Origin: an uncultured Eubacteriales bacterium
GTDB lineage: Bacteria; Bacillota; Clostridia; Christensenellales; CAG-138
Direction of reading: 5' to 3'
Assembly: GCA_902768795.1 (NCBI GenBank)
Contig: CACXMS010000001.1
Coordinates: forward strand, 46,577 to 110,576
DNA: 64,000 bases
The position numbers were made by a program, and so were the translations under genes. This document shows, piece after piece, positions 29,394-42,051 of this stretch (position 1 is its first letter; each line of letters starts with the position of its first letter). The notes beneath the pieces are model-generated. The model was not told where the DNA came from and did no database searches. It was given only the letters and a program-made list of their open reading frames with translations.

Positions 29394-29511
29394 GCAAGGC
29401 CTCCAAAATTCGGCATCGGCTTTATTGTACTATATCCCCGTTCAAAAAGCAAACCGAAACCGTAAAAGAATTGTAAGCGAGTTGTATTGATTTGCACACG
29501 AGACAGCGGAA

Positions 29512-29538
29512 ACTGCCTTTTCCGGCAGAAAAGGCAGT
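29512..29538 (-). terminator. Putative terminator after plsY
   Basis: 10-bp stem actgcctttt/aaaaggcagt with a 7-nt loop. The trailing T-tract is weak. Confidence 0.45.
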
Positions 29539-29547
29539 AAACGAAGC

Positions 29548-30255
29548 TCATTCCTTGGGATCCTCTTTTTCCTGTTCCCGTTGATACAGCGGCTTGCCCG
29601 AAAGGTCGAGTTTGGCTTCCTCTCCGCGCAAAAGGCGGCCGATGTTCGAATGGTGCCGAACAAGCACAAGCGCAGCCGCTGCGAGGGAAAACCAGACAAT
29701 ATACTGCGGAATCCAGCCGAGAAAATAGGAAACAGCAACGAAAACCGAAAACAGGATCGCGCCGGAAATGGAAATCACCGAAACGCGCCGCGTCGCAACG
29801 AACAGAACGATGATGAAAACGGTTGCCGCGGCAGCCGCCTGCCAACAGAAGCACCACATCAGCGCGAAGCTGCACGCCGCCGCCTTTCCGCCCTTGAATC
29901 TGTACAGCGCCGGATAGCAATGACCGAACGCACAGGCGACACAGCCGATGCAGCCGCCGATCGCCGCGGCAAGCGCAGCATCCTCCGTGTTCAGGCCGAG
30001 CAGTCTCCCGATCAGCCGGCCGAGAAAAAACGACAGGACAGATTTTCCGGCGTCGCCCAAAAACGTGATCAGACCGTATTTTTTACCGAAAACGCGCGTC
30101 ATGTTGGTCGTTCCCGCGTTTCCGCTGCCGAAATTTCGAACGTCGTCGTGGAAAGCAAACCTGCTGATCAGCAGCGCAATCTGCACATTTCCGATTGCGT
30201 ATCCCAAAACCGCAACCAAAAGAATGACGGGAATATTCCATGGATGAAGGATCAT
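29548..30255 (-). CDS. plsY: Acyl-phosphate:glycerol-3-phosphate acyltransferase
   Basis: YAIGN......ISR.......[12 protein letters not shown] motif in a polytopic protein. The start overlaps the der stop. Confidence 0.92.
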   Translation of the reverse strand: MILHPWNIPVILLVAVLGYAIGNVQIALLISRFAFHDDVRNFGSGNAGTTNMTRVFGKKYGLITFLGDAGKSVLSFFLGRLIGRLLGLNTEDAALAAAIGGCIGCVACAFGHCYPALYRFKGGKAAACSFALMWCFCWQAAAAATVFIIVLFVATRRVSVISISGAILFSVFVAVSYFLGWIPQYIVWFSLAAAALVLVRHHSNIGRLLRGEEAKLDLSGKPLYQREQEKEDPKE

Positions 30256-31583
30256 ACCTGCTCATCCCCCTTCGAGCGGTTTCGGAAATAAATGCGGATT
30301 GGCGTTCCCGCAAACCCGAACGACTTCCGGAAGTAATTCTCCAGATATCGCTCATACGAAAAATGGACAAGCGAAGCGTCGTTCACAAAGAGCACAAACG
30401 TCGGCGGCTGTACCGAAACCTGCGTTGCATAAAACAGCTTCAGACGGCGTCCGTTTTGCGAAGGCGGCTCATTCATCGCCACGGCTTCATTGACAATATC
30501 GTTCAGAGTACCGGTCGGAATGCGGCGAATGCTCTGTTCGTAGGCGTCCCGCACCATGGAGAGGACCTTATGAACGCGCTGCCCGGTTTTGGCGGACAAA
30601 AACAGACAGGAAACATACGGCATGAAGTTGAGCGAAACGCCTATATCTTTTTTAAATGTTTCGATTGTATAGGTGTCTTTCTCAACAAGATCCCATTTGT
30701 TGACCAGAATAACGCTCGGTTTGCCTTCCTCATGGACAAAGCCGGCAATCTTGACGTCCTGTTCGGAAAGGCCTTCCGTTGCGTCGCAAACGAACAAAAC
30801 GACGTCCGCGCGCCTGACCGCGGCAAGCGAACGGATCACGCTGTACCGTTCAATCGTGGCGTCCTCAACCGCGCGTTTCCGGCGAATTCCCGCGGTATCG
30901 ACCAGAACGTATTTCTGTCCGTCCCGCTCAAAGGGCGTATCGATCGCGTCGCGCGTCGTACCCGGAATGTCCGATACGATCACTCGCTGTTCGCCAAGCA
31001 TGGCGTTCACAAGAGAAGACTTGCCGACGTTCGGCCTTCCGCAGACCGCAATGTTGATGACGCTCTCGTCGTCCGCCGTTTCGATCGCTTCGAAATGCAC
31101 GCATACGGCGTCCAGCAGATCGCCGAGCCCGATTCCCTGCCCGGCCGACACAATGATCGGGTCGCCGAGCCCGAGCGCATAAAAGTCGTAAACGGCGTCG
31201 TGAAACTGCGGCGCATCCAGTTTATTGACGCCGAGAACCACGGGCTTATTCGATTTGCGAAGCATTGCGGCGACTTCCTCATCCGCCGACGTCATGCCGT
31301 CGCGTCCATCGACCAGAAAGATGATCACATCGCACGTTTCAACGGCGATTTCCGCCTGGCGGCGCATCTGAACGGCGATCTTATCCTCGCTTGCCGGCTC
31401 GATTCCTCCGGTGTCGATCAAAGTGAACGAATGCGTCAGCCATTCTGCGTCACCGTAAATACGATCCCGCGTGACGCCCGGCGTATCCTCAACGATCGCA
31501 AGACGCCGCCCGATCAGGCGGTTAAAAAGCGTGGATTTGCCGACATTCGGTCTGCCGACGATTGCTACCAAAGGTTTACTCAT
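30252..31583 (-). CDS. der: Ribosome-biogenesis GTPase Der (EngA)
   Basis: Two tandem GTPase domains (GRPNVGKST twice; DTGG and DTAG) plus a KH-like C-terminus. Confidence 0.95.
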   Translation of the reverse strand: MSKPLVAIVGRPNVGKSTLFNRLIGRRLAIVEDTPGVTRDRIYGDAEWLTHSFTLIDTGGIEPASEDKIAVQMRRQAEIAVETCDVIIFLVDGRDGMTSADEEVAAMLRKSNKPVVLGVNKLDAPQFHDAVYDFYALGLGDPIIVSAGQGIGLGDLLDAVCVHFEAIETADDESVINIAVCGRPNVGKSSLVNAMLGEQRVIVSDIPGTTRDAIDTPFERDGQKYVLVDTAGIRRKRAVEDATIERYSVIRSLAAVRRADVVLFVCDATEGLSEQDVKIAGFVHEEGKPSVILVNKWDLVEKDTYTIETFKKDIGVSLNFMPYVSCLFLSAKTGQRVHKVLSMVRDAYEQSIRRIPTGTLNDIVNEAVAMNEPPSQNGRRLKLFYATQVSVQPPTFVLFVNDASLVHFSYERYLENYFRKSFGFAGTPIRIYFRNRSKGDEQV

Positions 31584-32887
31584 ACAAAATCCTCAAACAG
31601 TTTTCTGACCAGATCGGCTCCGTCCGATACGGGCACGATCCGAACATGCAAAGCCGATTCCACATCGGAAACGGTCATTCCATCCAAAAAGACATCCTCC
31701 TTTGCCCGAAGCATGTTGCCCGGAATCAGAAGCGTTTTCTCCAGCGGTTTATCGCAAAGTTCCTCGCACAAATCCTGTCCCGTCACGAGGCCTCCGACAT
31801 GAACGTTGCCGCCGAAATATCGGTTCGGAATCGGATACAGCTTCCAATGAATCCGATACGGATCCAACGCCCGATACAGATCCCAAAAGAACGGCGCAGC
31901 GGCGGTTCCGCCCGCCATCGAAACACGCCTCTCCTCCGAAAGCGGCTCCTTTTCCGAGAGAGCATCCAAAAAATCATTTTCAAACAGGCGAAGCATTCCG
32001 ACGCCGTTTTCGATCTGTCCGTAATCTTCGTAATACTCCGTCGGCGGAATCGGCATTTGGGCGTTGAGATACCATTCATCCGAGAGAAACACGAGACGCG
32101 TACCGAGTTTCTGCAAAAAAGCACTCTGGAACCGTGAAACCTGTTCGATCACCGCTTTGCTCCCCTCCCGATCAAAAGTATCGAGATGTTCGAGCTTTTC
32201 GCGGAATTTTGTGACGCCGACCGGAACGATCGCCACCGACGCTGTCGCCGGAGCAAGCTCGCCCAAAACCGTCAGCGTTTCCGCAAGAATCGCTCCGTCG
32301 TTGATTCCGGGGCAAAGGACAATCTGCGCGTGAAACTGAATGCCGGCAGCCTTCAGCGCCTCAAGCCGCTCCCGAATGCGCCCGGCCGAGGGATTCTTCA
32401 TGATGCGCGTCCTGACGACCGGATCGATCGCGTGAACCGAAACGTAAAGCGGGCTGACCCTGCGGCGCAGAATGCGATCAAATTCCTCGTCGTTCACGTT
32501 TGTAAGGGTCACGTAATTGCCCATGATGAACGACATGCGCCAATCATCGTCCTTCACCTGCAAGCTGGACCGAACGCCGCGCGGCATCTGGTCGATAAAA
32601 CAGAAAACGCAATGGTTTTTGCAGGTTTGCATCCTGCTCATCAGCGAGGTTTCAAAGCTCAGCCCAAGCGGCTCGTATTCCTCCTTTTTGACGCGGCAGG
32701 AAATTGTTTTTCCCTCGCGGCATACGTCCACATGCAGGATCCGTTCCGCCGTCAGTTTTTCGTAATCGATCAGATCGCGGACCGGCTCGCCGTTGATGGC
32801 AAGCAACGCGTCGCCCGCACGGATGCCGCAGCGTGCCGCCGGAGAATCCGGCGCAACGTATGTAATTGGCTGGACAGAAATCTTCAT
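31580..32887 (-). CDS. DUF512 domain protein (PDZ plus radical-SAM-like region)
   Basis: N-terminal PDZ ([22 protein letters not shown]) and a Cys cluster (CKNHCVFCF). Conserved position upstream of der. The start is uncertain: ATG 32887 has a weak RBS and the alternative GTG 32905 is in frame. Confidence 0.8.
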   Translation of the reverse strand: MKISVQPITYVAPDSPAARCGIRAGDALLAINGEPVRDLIDYEKLTAERILHVDVCREGKTISCRVKKEEYEPLGLSFETSLMSRMQTCKNHCVFCFIDQMPRGVRSSLQVKDDDWRMSFIMGNYVTLTNVNDEEFDRILRRRVSPLYVSVHAIDPVVRTRIMKNPSAGRIRERLEALKAAGIQFHAQIVLCPGINDGAILAETLTVLGELAPATASVAIVPVGVTKFREKLEHLDTFDREGSKAVIEQVSRFQSAFLQKLGTRLVFLSDEWYLNAQMPIPPTEYYEDYGQIENGVGMLRLFENDFLDALSEKEPLSEERRVSMAGGTAAAPFFWDLYRALDPYRIHWKLYPIPNRYFGGNVHVGGLVTGQDLCEELCDKPLEKTLLIPGNMLRAKEDVFLDGMTVSDVESALHVRIVPVSDGADLVRKLFEDFV

Positions 32888-32982
32888 ATTATAACCATAC
32901 CACACAAATCCATTTTTTGCAAGAAAAGAAAGACATTCCAGGGGAATCCCTAAGGAATGCCTTTCCCGTTCTTCGTTTTATC

Positions 32983-33552
32983 CTATGCGGTTTTCCCGAT
33001 CAGTTTGTCGGTGCTTTTCCGCAGCGGAATGCCGATCAGCGCGCACACCGCAATCTTTGCCGCATCTCCCGCCAAAAACGGAACGACACACAGCGAGAGC
33101 GATTCGAGAAGTTCTCTCCGGCTCTGAACCATAAACCATGCTGTTCCGATCGCGTAAAGAACAATCGTTCCGAAAACCATTCCGACAACCGTCCAGAGTC
33201 GCTTGTACGGAAAACGGTCCGCCATCCATCCGGTCAGCGCAACGCACGGCAGATATCCGATCAAATATCCTCCGGTCGCGCCGATCAGCTTTTGGAACCC
33301 GCCGGCGCCGCCCGAAAACACGGGAAGGCCGATTGCGCCCAACAGGAGATAAACCGCTACGGCAATCGTGCCGTCCAACCAGCCGAGAACAATCCCGATC
33401 AGATAAACGACAAAAGTAGCGAGCGAAATCGGAATCGGGCCGACCGGAATCGACCACGGCGAAGCCACGCACAGAAGCGCTGCCATAATCGCAATTCTGC
33501 ACAACTGTGCAAGCGGGAACCGCTTGACGGCCTTCTTATTCGATTTCTCCAT
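32983..33552 (-). CDS. bioY: BioY family biotin transporter S component
   Basis: 189 aa, 6 transmembrane helices, ISLATFVVYL....G.......AVYLLLGAIGLPVFSGG.GG...L.G.TGGYLIGY. The ATG directly abuts the dnaJ stop. Confidence 0.88.
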   Translation of the reverse strand: MEKSNKKAVKRFPLAQLCRIAIMAALLCVASPWSIPVGPIPISLATFVVYLIGIVLGWLDGTIAVAVYLLLGAIGLPVFSGGAGGFQKLIGATGGYLIGYLPCVALTGWMADRFPYKRLWTVVGMVFGTIVLYAIGTAWFMVQSRRELLESLSLCVVPFLAGDAAKIAVCALIGIPLRKSTDKLIGKTA

Positions 33553-34671
33553 TTATTTGAACAGGCCTTTCTTTCGTTTCTGAACCGTCGCGACGCCTTG
33601 CAGCTGTGCAAGCTGCTCCAAAAGCTGCCGTTCTTTATCGGAAATGCGCTTCGGTATTTCAACGTTCACGGTAACCAACAGATCGCCTTTTCCGCTCTGC
33701 TGAAGCCGCTGGACGCCCTGTTCCTTGAGTCGGAAGGTTGTGCCGTTCTGCGTGCCCGCCGGAATCGTATACTTAATCTGGCCGTCCAGCGTCGGAACAA
33801 CGATTTCTCCGCCGAGAACCGCAACGGTATAGGGAATATTCATCTGAAGCAGCAGATCCGATCCGCGACGTTCAAACTGACTGTGAGAACGCACGGTGAT
33901 CGTAATGTACAGATTGCCGCGCGGACCGCCCTTATAGCCGGCCTCGCCCTCGCCGCGCTTGCTCAGCGTCTGTCCGTCGTTGATGCCTGCGGGGATCCGG
34001 ACGGTGAGCCGCTTGTTCTGCTTGATGCGACCGTTGCCTCTGCAAGTCGGACACGGTTCCGTTATGATCTGACCCGTGCCGCGGCAAGCCGAGCACGGAC
34101 GCGTCGTAACAAAGGAGCCGAGGATCGATTGGCTCTGCTGCCGTACCTGACCCGTTCCGCCGCAGGTCGTGCAGCGCGTCGGCTTTGTGCCCGGCTTTGC
34201 GCCGCTGCCGCCGCAGGTTTCGCAGATTTCCTCTCTTGAAATAACGATTTCCTTTTCACAGCCAAACGCCGCTTCTTCAAAGGTCAGCGTCAGATTGTAC
34301 CGAAGATCGTCCCCCGCCATCGGACCGTTGCGCGTTGCGCTGCTTCCGCCGAAGCCGCCGCCGAAAATCGTGCTGAAGATATCGCCGAATCCGAAATCCT
34401 CTGCGCCGGTGAACGGATTACCCGCGCCGCCGCCCATCGTCGGATCAAACGCCGCGTGACCGAACTGGTCATACTTTGCGCGTTTATCCGCATCGGACAG
34501 CACCTCATACGCTTCGTTCAGCTCCTTGAATTCCGCTTCTTTGGCTGTGTCGCCGGGATGCAGGTCGGGATGGCAGGTCTTTGCCTTCTTGCGGAATGCG
34601 CTTTTGATTTCCGCATCCGTCGCGTCCTTTCCGACGCCGAGCACCTCGTAATAATCTTTCTTTTCCGCCAC
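33553..34671 (-). CDS. dnaJ: Molecular chaperone DnaJ
   Basis: J domain (KDYYEVLGV...HPD), a G/F region and four CxxCxGxG zinc motifs. GTG start 34669-34671 after GAGG. The track start is an upstream GTG. Confidence 0.95.
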   Translation of the reverse strand: MAEKKDYYEVLGVGKDATDAEIKSAFRKKAKTCHPDLHPGDTAKEAEFKELNEAYEVLSDADKRAKYDQFGHAAFDPTMGGGAGNPFTGAEDFGFGDIFSTIFGGGFGGSSATRNGPMAGDDLRYNLTLTFEEAAFGCEKEIVISREEICETCGGSGAKPGTKPTRCTTCGGTGQVRQQSQSILGSFVTTRPCSACRGTGQIITEPCPTCRGNGRIKQNKRLTVRIPAGINDGQTLSKRGEGEAGYKGGPRGNLYITITVRSHSQFERRGSDLLLQMNIPYTVAVLGGEIVVPTLDGQIKYTIPAGTQNGTTFRLKEQGVQRLQQSGKGDLLVTVNVEIPKRISDKERQLLEQLAQLQGVATVQKRKKGLFK

Positions 34672-34747
34672 GTGTAACCTCACATCGGGCGGAGTTGATG
34701 CTCCGCCCGCTTCCTGAATAATTTATGCGGTTTTGAAGCGTTTCGCC

Positions 34748-36592
<1,845 letters not shown>

Positions 36593-36617
36593 TTACTGTT
36601 ATCCTTTTGCCGTACCG

Positions 36618-37157
36618 TTAATCCGATACCTTGACCATGCTGTGCCGCACGATCTTATCTTTCACACGATACCCCTTCTGAAATACCGCGAGAATCTTTC
36701 CTTTTTCGACGCCCTCCTGCGGCTCCGCCATCACGGCGTTGTGCAGGTTCGGATCGAAGTCTCCGTCGGTTTCCACTTCCGAAAGGCCCTGCTTTTGCAG
36801 CGTTTCGGTCAGTTTCCGATGCACGAGCTTTACGCCTTCCGCCCAGGCCGCATCATTCGCTTCGCTTTCGGCAACCCTGTCAAAGTCATCGAGGATCGGC
36901 AGCAGCGCCGTGATGATGTCGCGCTTACCCTCCTCATAGCTGTCGGCCCGTACGGATGCGTTCCGTCTGCGGTAGTTGTCGAAATCCGCCTGATTCCGCT
37001 GCAGCAGATTGACGGTCTCGTCAAGCTGCTTCTGCAGGGATTCGATGTGAGCGCGAACCTCGTCCATCTCCTCCTGTGTCAGCGTACAGCCCTGCTGCTC
37101 CTCCGTCTCCGGGGTCTCTACCTGTTCCGGTTCTTTGGTGTTCTTTTTCTTGGACAC
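36618..37157 (-). CDS. grpE: Nucleotide exchange factor GrpE
   Basis: Acidic N-terminus, a coiled coil and C-terminal QKGY....K..RH..V. Positioned between hrcA and dnaK. Confidence 0.93.
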   Translation of the reverse strand: MSKKKNTKEPEQVETPETEEQQGCTLTQEEMDEVRAHIESLQKQLDETVNLLQRNQADFDNYRRRNASVRADSYEEGKRDIITALLPILDDFDRVAESEANDAAWAEGVKLVHRKLTETLQKQGLSEVETDGDFDPNLHNAVMAEPQEGVEKGKILAVFQKGYRVKDKIVRHSMVKVSD

Positions 37158-37159
37158 GT

Positions 37160-38194
37160 TCAGTCCTCCTTCAAAAATGATTGCAGAATCGATGTAAGAT
37201 TCTGCTGCACGCCCTGCAATACGCTGATGACGCGATTGTAATCCATACGCGTCGGACCGATAACGCCGAACGTCCCAAACGGCATATCATTGACGCGGTA
37301 CGTTGCCGTTACAACGCTGCAGTCCTGCAAACCTTCCTGTTCGTTCTCGCTTCCGATCGTGATCGTGAACTCCATATCGGACGCTTTCCGCAGCATCTGA
37401 TAAATCGCGTCGCGCTGCTCAACGGTGGCAAGAAACGTGGTCGCCTTCTCGACGTCGCTGTATTCGGGAAAGCGAAGCATGTTGCGCGTACCGGAAAACT
37501 CGACCATATTCGTTCCGGACTGCGCATTCTCCTCAACGCGCGCAAGAAGCGTTTTCAAAAAATCGCCTCTTGACTGCAGCTCCGCGCCGATCTCATGCAC
37601 CAGACGTTCGGCAACGGTCGTCATCCGGCAATTATAGCAGCGCTGTGTGATGGTCCGGGAAATATCCTCCAGCTCCGCCGCCGTCATATCCCGCGGAATG
37701 TCGATCACAGCGTCGCGCGCAACACCGGCGTCCGTAACGATAACGGAAAGCGCCTTGCCCTCGGACAGCGGAACAAGCTGCAAATGCCGCAGGCGGTTCA
37801 CCGCCATATCCGGCATCATTACGACCGCCGTATAATGCGTGATCTCGCTGAGCGCCTTTGCCGTTGAACGCAGAACCGATTCGATGCCGTCGATCCGGCT
37901 GCGGTAATACCCGTCGAGAATCGCCTGCTCACGCTCGCTGAGACCGGCGCGCTGCAGCATCTGATCGACGTACAGCCGGTATGCCTTATCAGACGGGATG
38001 CGCCCTGCCGAAGTATGCGGCTGTGCCAGATACCCCAGCGCCTCCAGGTCCGCCATTTCGTTGCGGATCGTTGCAGGAGACCAGTTCAGCTCTGCGCTCT
38101 GCCGGATCGCCTTCGATCCGACCGGATTTGCGGAAAGGATGTACTCGTCGATGATGGCGCGGAGAATCTGCAGTTTTCGTTCGTCCAGTTCCAT
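37160..38194 (-). CDS. hrcA: Heat-inducible transcription repressor HrcA
   Basis: MELDERKLQILRAIIDEYI....PVGSK N-terminus. Start at ATG 38192-38194 after AGGAGAG. A CIRCE element lies immediately upstream. Confidence 0.93.
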   Translation of the reverse strand: MELDERKLQILRAIIDEYILSANPVGSKAIRQSAELNWSPATIRNEMADLEALGYLAQPHTSAGRIPSDKAYRLYVDQMLQRAGLSEREQAILDGYYRSRIDGIESVLRSTAKALSEITHYTAVVMMPDMAVNRLRHLQLVPLSEGKALSVIVTDAGVARDAVIDIPRDMTAAELEDISRTITQRCYNCRMTTVAERLVHEIGAELQSRGDFLKTLLARVEENAQSGTNMVEFSGTRNMLRFPEYSDVEKATTFLATVEQRDAIYQMLRKASDMEFTITIGSENEQEGLQDCSVVTATYRVNDMPFGTFGVIGPTRMDYNRVISVLQGVQQNLTSILQSFLKED

Positions 38195-38211
38195 CTCCGC
38201 TCTCCTTTCCT

Positions 38212-38238
38212 TTAGCACTCTTTTCGTTCGAGTGCTAA
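38212..38238. promoter_or_regulatory. CIRCE operator (HrcA binding site)
   Basis: Perfect TTAGCACTC-N9-GAGTGCTAA inverted repeat 18 bp upstream of the hrcA ATG. Confidence 0.92.
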
Positions 38239-38249
38239 TCATCGTGATA

Positions 38250-38278
38250 AAGATACCACGATTATACCCGCCTGTCAA
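38250..38278 (-). promoter_or_regulatory. Putative sigma-A promoter of the hrcA operon
   Basis: The minus strand reads TTGACA (38273-38278), 17 nt, TATCTT (38250-38255). This places the transcription start just upstream of CIRCE. Confidence 0.45.
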
Positions 38279-38379
38279 GCAAACAAAGCGGCGGGATTGT
38301 GAAATCACCGTGAACTATAAAAAAGCATCCGCAAAAGGCGGATGCAAAAGAAAGCTCAATTTTTAGCTCCCCAATTCTG

Positions 38380-39021
38380 TTATTTTGCTTCAAGCGAAGA
38401 AGCAATTTCCCGATAAAGCGCGCCGCATCTGCCGCACAAATCGGAGAGCATGGCGCGAAAATCCGCTTGGATCCGTTCTGCTTCGGTACGATCCGAAAAA
38501 TACGGCAAATTCGCCAGCACGTTCAGCCATGCAATTTTCGCCGCCGTCTCGATCTCTGCCGCCCCCGCCGCAAGATCTCCGGCACAGGTCGGGTTGCTGC
38601 AGCGATGGAGCGACGCAAGCAGATCAACCGTCTCACCGCAAGCTTCGATTACACGGCAGGGCACGTCCGTCGCCCGATGCACCGCCTCCTGCAGCGCGGC
38701 CCTGCGTTCCGTTTTTTGCGCTTCCGTTTCTTTCGGCAGCGCAAGGGCGTCCATATATCCGGAATACGCCGCAGCGTCCGCGTCGGCAAGCAAAGCGAAT
38801 CGATCCATCAGCAAAGAAAGACGGTCGGAAACGGCTTGCGCGTGATCCGAAAAAGCCGCATACTTCTGTTTTCCGACCGTAAGCTCCGCCACCATCTTTC
38901 CAAGCGCCGCTCCGAGCGCACCGGAAAGGCCGGCCGCCGCTCCGCCTCCGGGCGCAGGCGAATTCGAACCGAGCGCGTTCAAAAAAGTCTGAATCCTCAT
39001 TTCATTGATTTGCGTTTTCAT
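38380..39021 (-). CDS. Cyclodeaminase/cyclohydrolase family protein (FtcD C-terminal / FchA-like)
   Basis: 213 aa all-helical protein. F...L.S..PAPGGGAAAGLSGALGAAL..MV motif. Confidence 0.8.
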   Translation of the reverse strand: MKTQINEMRIQTFLNALGSNSPAPGGGAAAGLSGALGAALGKMVAELTVGKQKYAAFSDHAQAVSDRLSLLMDRFALLADADAAAYSGYMDALALPKETEAQKTERRAALQEAVHRATDVPCRVIEACGETVDLLASLHRCSNPTCAGDLAAGAAEIETAAKIAWLNVLANLPYFSDRTEAERIQADFRAMLSDLCGRCGALYREIASSLEAK

Positions 39022-39039
39022 TGGATTCCTTTCTCCGGA

Positions 39040-40710
39040 TCAACGGCCTGCTTCGTCCAGAAGCCGTCTTGCGTGTGCGATCGCTTCCGCGCCCTCCGCT
39101 CCGCTGCCCATGATTCGCGCAAGTTCCGCTGCGCGTTCCGACGCTTCGAGCCGTCTTGTCCGGCTTCGCGTTGCCAGATCATCGGAAACCTTACTGACAA
39201 CGTATTGGACATCCGCGTGCGCCGCGATCTGCGGCAGATGCGTGACGCATAGAACCTGATGGCGTTTCGAAAGCTCGCGCATTTTCCGAGCAACGGCATT
39301 CGCAACCAGCCCGGAAATCCCCGTATCGATCTCATCGAAAATCAGCGTTTCGATCCGATCGGCGTCGGAAAGCGCAATCTTCATCGCCAGCATAATGCGG
39401 GAAATCTCGCCGCCGGACGCGACCTTGCTCAGCGGCTTCGGCGGCTCGCCGCGGTTCGCGGAAAGCAGGAACACCGCTTCGTCGATTCCGTTCTCGGAAA
39501 GCTCTTCGACCGGGATCGTGCGGAACGACGTTTCAAACTGCGCGTGCGGCATGCCCATATCCTTCATTTGCTGCAGCGCCGCTTCGCAAAGCCGTTTCGC
39601 CGCTTGTCTTCGCTGCGCCGAAAGCTGTTTTGCGAGCTCTCCGAATTCCTGCAGCGCTTTTCGAAACGCTTTTTCCTTTGCGTCCGCCTGATTGTCGCCG
39701 TCGGTCAACAGCGCAAGCTCCTCTGTGATTCGCTCGCGGTATCCGAGAATTTCCGTCTCCGTTGCTCCGTACTTTCGTTTCAGGGCCTGCAGCGCGGCAA
39801 GACGGCTTTCGATCTGCTCGAGTTCTTCGGGATCATAAGCGAACGACGCCTGTGCGTCGCGCAAAGCATAAGCGACGTCTTCCAATTCGTAATACGAGCT
39901 TTCCGCCCTGGAAGCAAGCTCCGCATACGCCGGGTCGTATCGTCCGATCCGCGTCAACGCCGAACGGGCGTCCGAAAGCGTCGCCAATGTGCCGGAATCC
40001 CCGAACAGCGCTTCATACGCGGCGTTCATTCCGTCGGTAATCGTTTCGGCGTTTCGCAACACGTTCCGACGGATATCCAGTTCCGCTTCCTCTCCCTCTT
40101 TCGGGTCGAACCGGTCGATCTCGGCTTTTTGGAACTGCAGCATATCGATGCGCTGCATTCTTGCGGAAAGACTCGATTGCAGCTGCTTCCACTCTCTTTG
40201 CAGACGGAGCGCCGTTTCACGCGCGTCGCGGACGCGCCCGAGCAGGCGGTTTTCGTTGTCGGAATAGGCGTCGATCAGGGAAAGATGCGTCGTTTCATCA
40301 AGCAAGGACTGGTGCGCGTGCTGTCCGTGCAGATCGACAAGCAGCGCGCCGAGATCCTTCAGCTCCGAAGCTGTCACGAGCGTGCCGTTGATGCGGCAGA
40401 CATTGCGCCCGCTTTGCGAAAGCTCCCGATACAGAATCAGGGAGTCCCCGTCGTCCAGCTCACGTTCCCTCAGATACGCCGTTGCGGGCGAATCGGCAGC
40501 AAGCGTAAATTCGGCTTCGACAGACGCTTTTGCCGTCCCTGTCCGAATGCTCTCACGGCTTGCGCGGTCGCCGAGAACGAAGCTGACGGATTCAATCAAA
40601 ATGGATTTGCCCGCGCCGGTTTCCCCCGTCAATGCAGAAAAGCCCGCATCGAATTCGATATCGGACTTATCAATCAAAGCAACATTATGGATCTGTAAAC
40701 GCTTGAGCAC
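39040..40710 (-). CDS. recN: DNA repair protein RecN
   Basis: SMC-like protein with Walker A GETGAGKSI, a long coiled coil, signature ASGGE and FDEIDTGISG. Confidence 0.95.
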   Translation of the reverse strand: MLKRLQIHNVALIDKSDIEFDAGFSALTGETGAGKSILIESVSFVLGDRASRESIRTGTAKASVEAEFTLAADSPATAYLRERELDDGDSLILYRELSQSGRNVCRINGTLVTASELKDLGALLVDLHGQHAHQSLLDETTHLSLIDAYSDNENRLLGRVRDARETALRLQREWKQLQSSLSARMQRIDMLQFQKAEIDRFDPKEGEEAELDIRRNVLRNAETITDGMNAAYEALFGDSGTLATLSDARSALTRIGRYDPAYAELASRAESSYYELEDVAYALRDAQASFAYDPEELEQIESRLAALQALKRKYGATETEILGYRERITEELALLTDGDNQADAKEKAFRKALQEFGELAKQLSAQRRQAAKRLCEAALQQMKDMGMPHAQFETSFRTIPVEELSENGIDEAVFLLSANRGEPPKPLSKVASGGEISRIMLAMKIALSDADRIETLIFDEIDTGISGLVANAVARKMRELSKRHQVLCVTHLPQIAAHADVQYVVSKVSDDLATRSRTRRLEASERAAELARIMGSGAEGAEAIAHARRLLDEAGR

Positions 40711-40722
40711 GGCAGCCCTCCG

Positions 40723-41172
40723 TCATTGCATCATTTTCTGGAATTTCCGGGCGACGTCCGCAACGCTCCTGCCGTCCTTTATCGCGACAAAGATCGTATT
40801 GTCGCCCGCAATGGAACCCGCAATCTCATTCCAGCGCATGGAATCAATCGCCTCCGCCGCAACCGAAGCGCTCCCCGGCATCGTTTTAATCACGATCAGA
40901 TTACCGGAAGATGAGATCGAAATCACGCAGCTGCTGAACATGCTGATGAACCGATCCTGCAGATCGGACTCGGCACGCTCGACAGTCGCATACTTATAGC
41001 GGCCCTCTCCGGTCTGCACCTTAATCAGCCGCAGCTCTTTGATGTCACGCGAAACGGTGGCCTGCGTCACTTTATAGCCCTGCTCGGACAGCAGGCTTGC
41101 CAGATCTTCCTGGGTCTCTATATTTTCGGAAGCGATCAGCTTCAGAATTGCCGAATGGCGTTTGCTTTTCAT
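40723..41172 (-). CDS. argR: Arginine repressor
   Basis: RHSAILKLI.......QEDL...L...G..VTQATVSRDIKEL and C-terminal GDNTI. Confidence 0.92.
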   Translation of the reverse strand: MKSKRHSAILKLIASENIETQEDLASLLSEQGYKVTQATVSRDIKELRLIKVQTGEGRYKYATVERAESDLQDRFISMFSSCVISISSSGNLIVIKTMPGSASVAAEAIDSMRWNEIAGSIAGDNTIFVAIKDGRSVADVARKFQKMMQ

Positions 41173-41185
41173 ACGAACCTCAAAA

Positions 41186-41971
41186 TCAACTCAGTTTTTC
41201 GGTCAAAAGCCGAAACGGATTGTGTTCCCCGAACGAAAGAATCCGGGTACGGTATTCGGAACGGGAAACGGTCAAAACGTCGCCCTTCTTCAGTTTGCAG
41301 ATCTTGTCCCCGTCCGCCGCAACAAAACAGTTTTCGGAAACCTTGACCGTAACCGTCGAACCGATCGACGCAACGATCGGACGCATCTGCAGCGTATGCG
41401 GGCAAATCGGCGTAATCAGAATCGCATCCAGTCCTTCGGCGACAATCGGACCGCCGGCCGAAAGCGAGTAACCGGTTGCGCCGGTTGACGAAGCGACCAC
41501 AACACCGTCCCCGTACAGCGTCCCGACGGAATTCCGATCCACGGACAAATCCAACTGCGTAACGCCGGAAAACGAATGCTTGTATACGAACACATCGTTT
41601 AAGCAAGGCCGCGCCTGTCCGCTGTTCACACAAACGTCGAGCATGGATCGAACTTTCTGGGCGTACCGGCCTTCTTTCAGACGGTCGAGCGCATCCGGAA
41701 AGGTTTCTTCCGTCAGCTCCGTCAAAAAACCGACGCGTCCGCAATGAATGCCAAGCAGCGGAATATCGTACCTGCAAGCAAGATGCGAAGCACGAATGAG
41801 GCTGCCGTCTCCTCCGATCACAACGATCACATCGGCTCCGGATGGCAGTTCGGACGACATGCCGTCGATCAAAGAGCAGACGAATCCCTTTCCTTCGGCT
41901 ATTTTCAAGGCACGATCCCGTACCTTCCATGCATTCGGACGCTTTGGGTGCGCCATAAAAACAAGATGCAA
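41186..41971 (-). CDS. nadK: NAD kinase
   Basis: GGDGS.. motif and the ATGYSLSAGGPIV glycine-rich motif. Probable TTG start after GGGAG, with an alternative ATG five codons in. Confidence 0.9.
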   Translation of the reverse strand: MHLVFMAHPKRPNAWKVRDRALKIAEGKGFVCSLIDGMSSELPSGADVIVVIGGDGSLIRASHLACRYDIPLLGIHCGRVGFLTELTEETFPDALDRLKEGRYAQKVRSMLDVCVNSGQARPCLNDVFVYKHSFSGVTQLDLSVDRNSVGTLYGDGVVVASSTGATGYSLSAGGPIVAEGLDAILITPICPHTLQMRPIVASIGSTVTVKVSENCFVAADGDKICKLKKGDVLTVSRSEYRTRILSFGEHNPFRLLTEKLS

Positions 41972-42004
41972 AATGGACTCCCGTTTCCTGTATATTGCTT
42001 CATC

Positions 42005-42033
42005 ATTATACAGTCGGAATGAAATTTATGCAA
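42005..42033 (-). promoter_or_regulatory. Sigma-A type promoter upstream of nadK
   Basis: The minus strand reads TTGCAT (42028-42033), 17 nt, TATAAT (42005-42010). Confidence 0.6.
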
Positions 42034-42051
42034 GGATATTATGAATAAATT

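Noticed and set aside
29390-30291. ORFs 29390-29920 (minus) and 29581-30291 (plus) overlapping plsY
   Set aside because: plsY has its family motif and membrane topology in the chosen frame. The alternatives are out-of-frame or antisense with biased composition.
38261-38266. TATAAT hexamer upstream of hrcA considered as the -10 element
   Set aside because: It lies only 6 nt from the TTGACA -35 hexamer and has no alternative -35 at 16-18 nt. TATCTT at a 17-nt spacing fits better and places CIRCE at the transcription start.
41169-41930. 253-aa minus-strand ORF in another frame of nadK
   Set aside because: The NAD kinase frame carries the GGDG and glycine-rich motifs. The alternative frame is Arg/Cys-rich nonsense.
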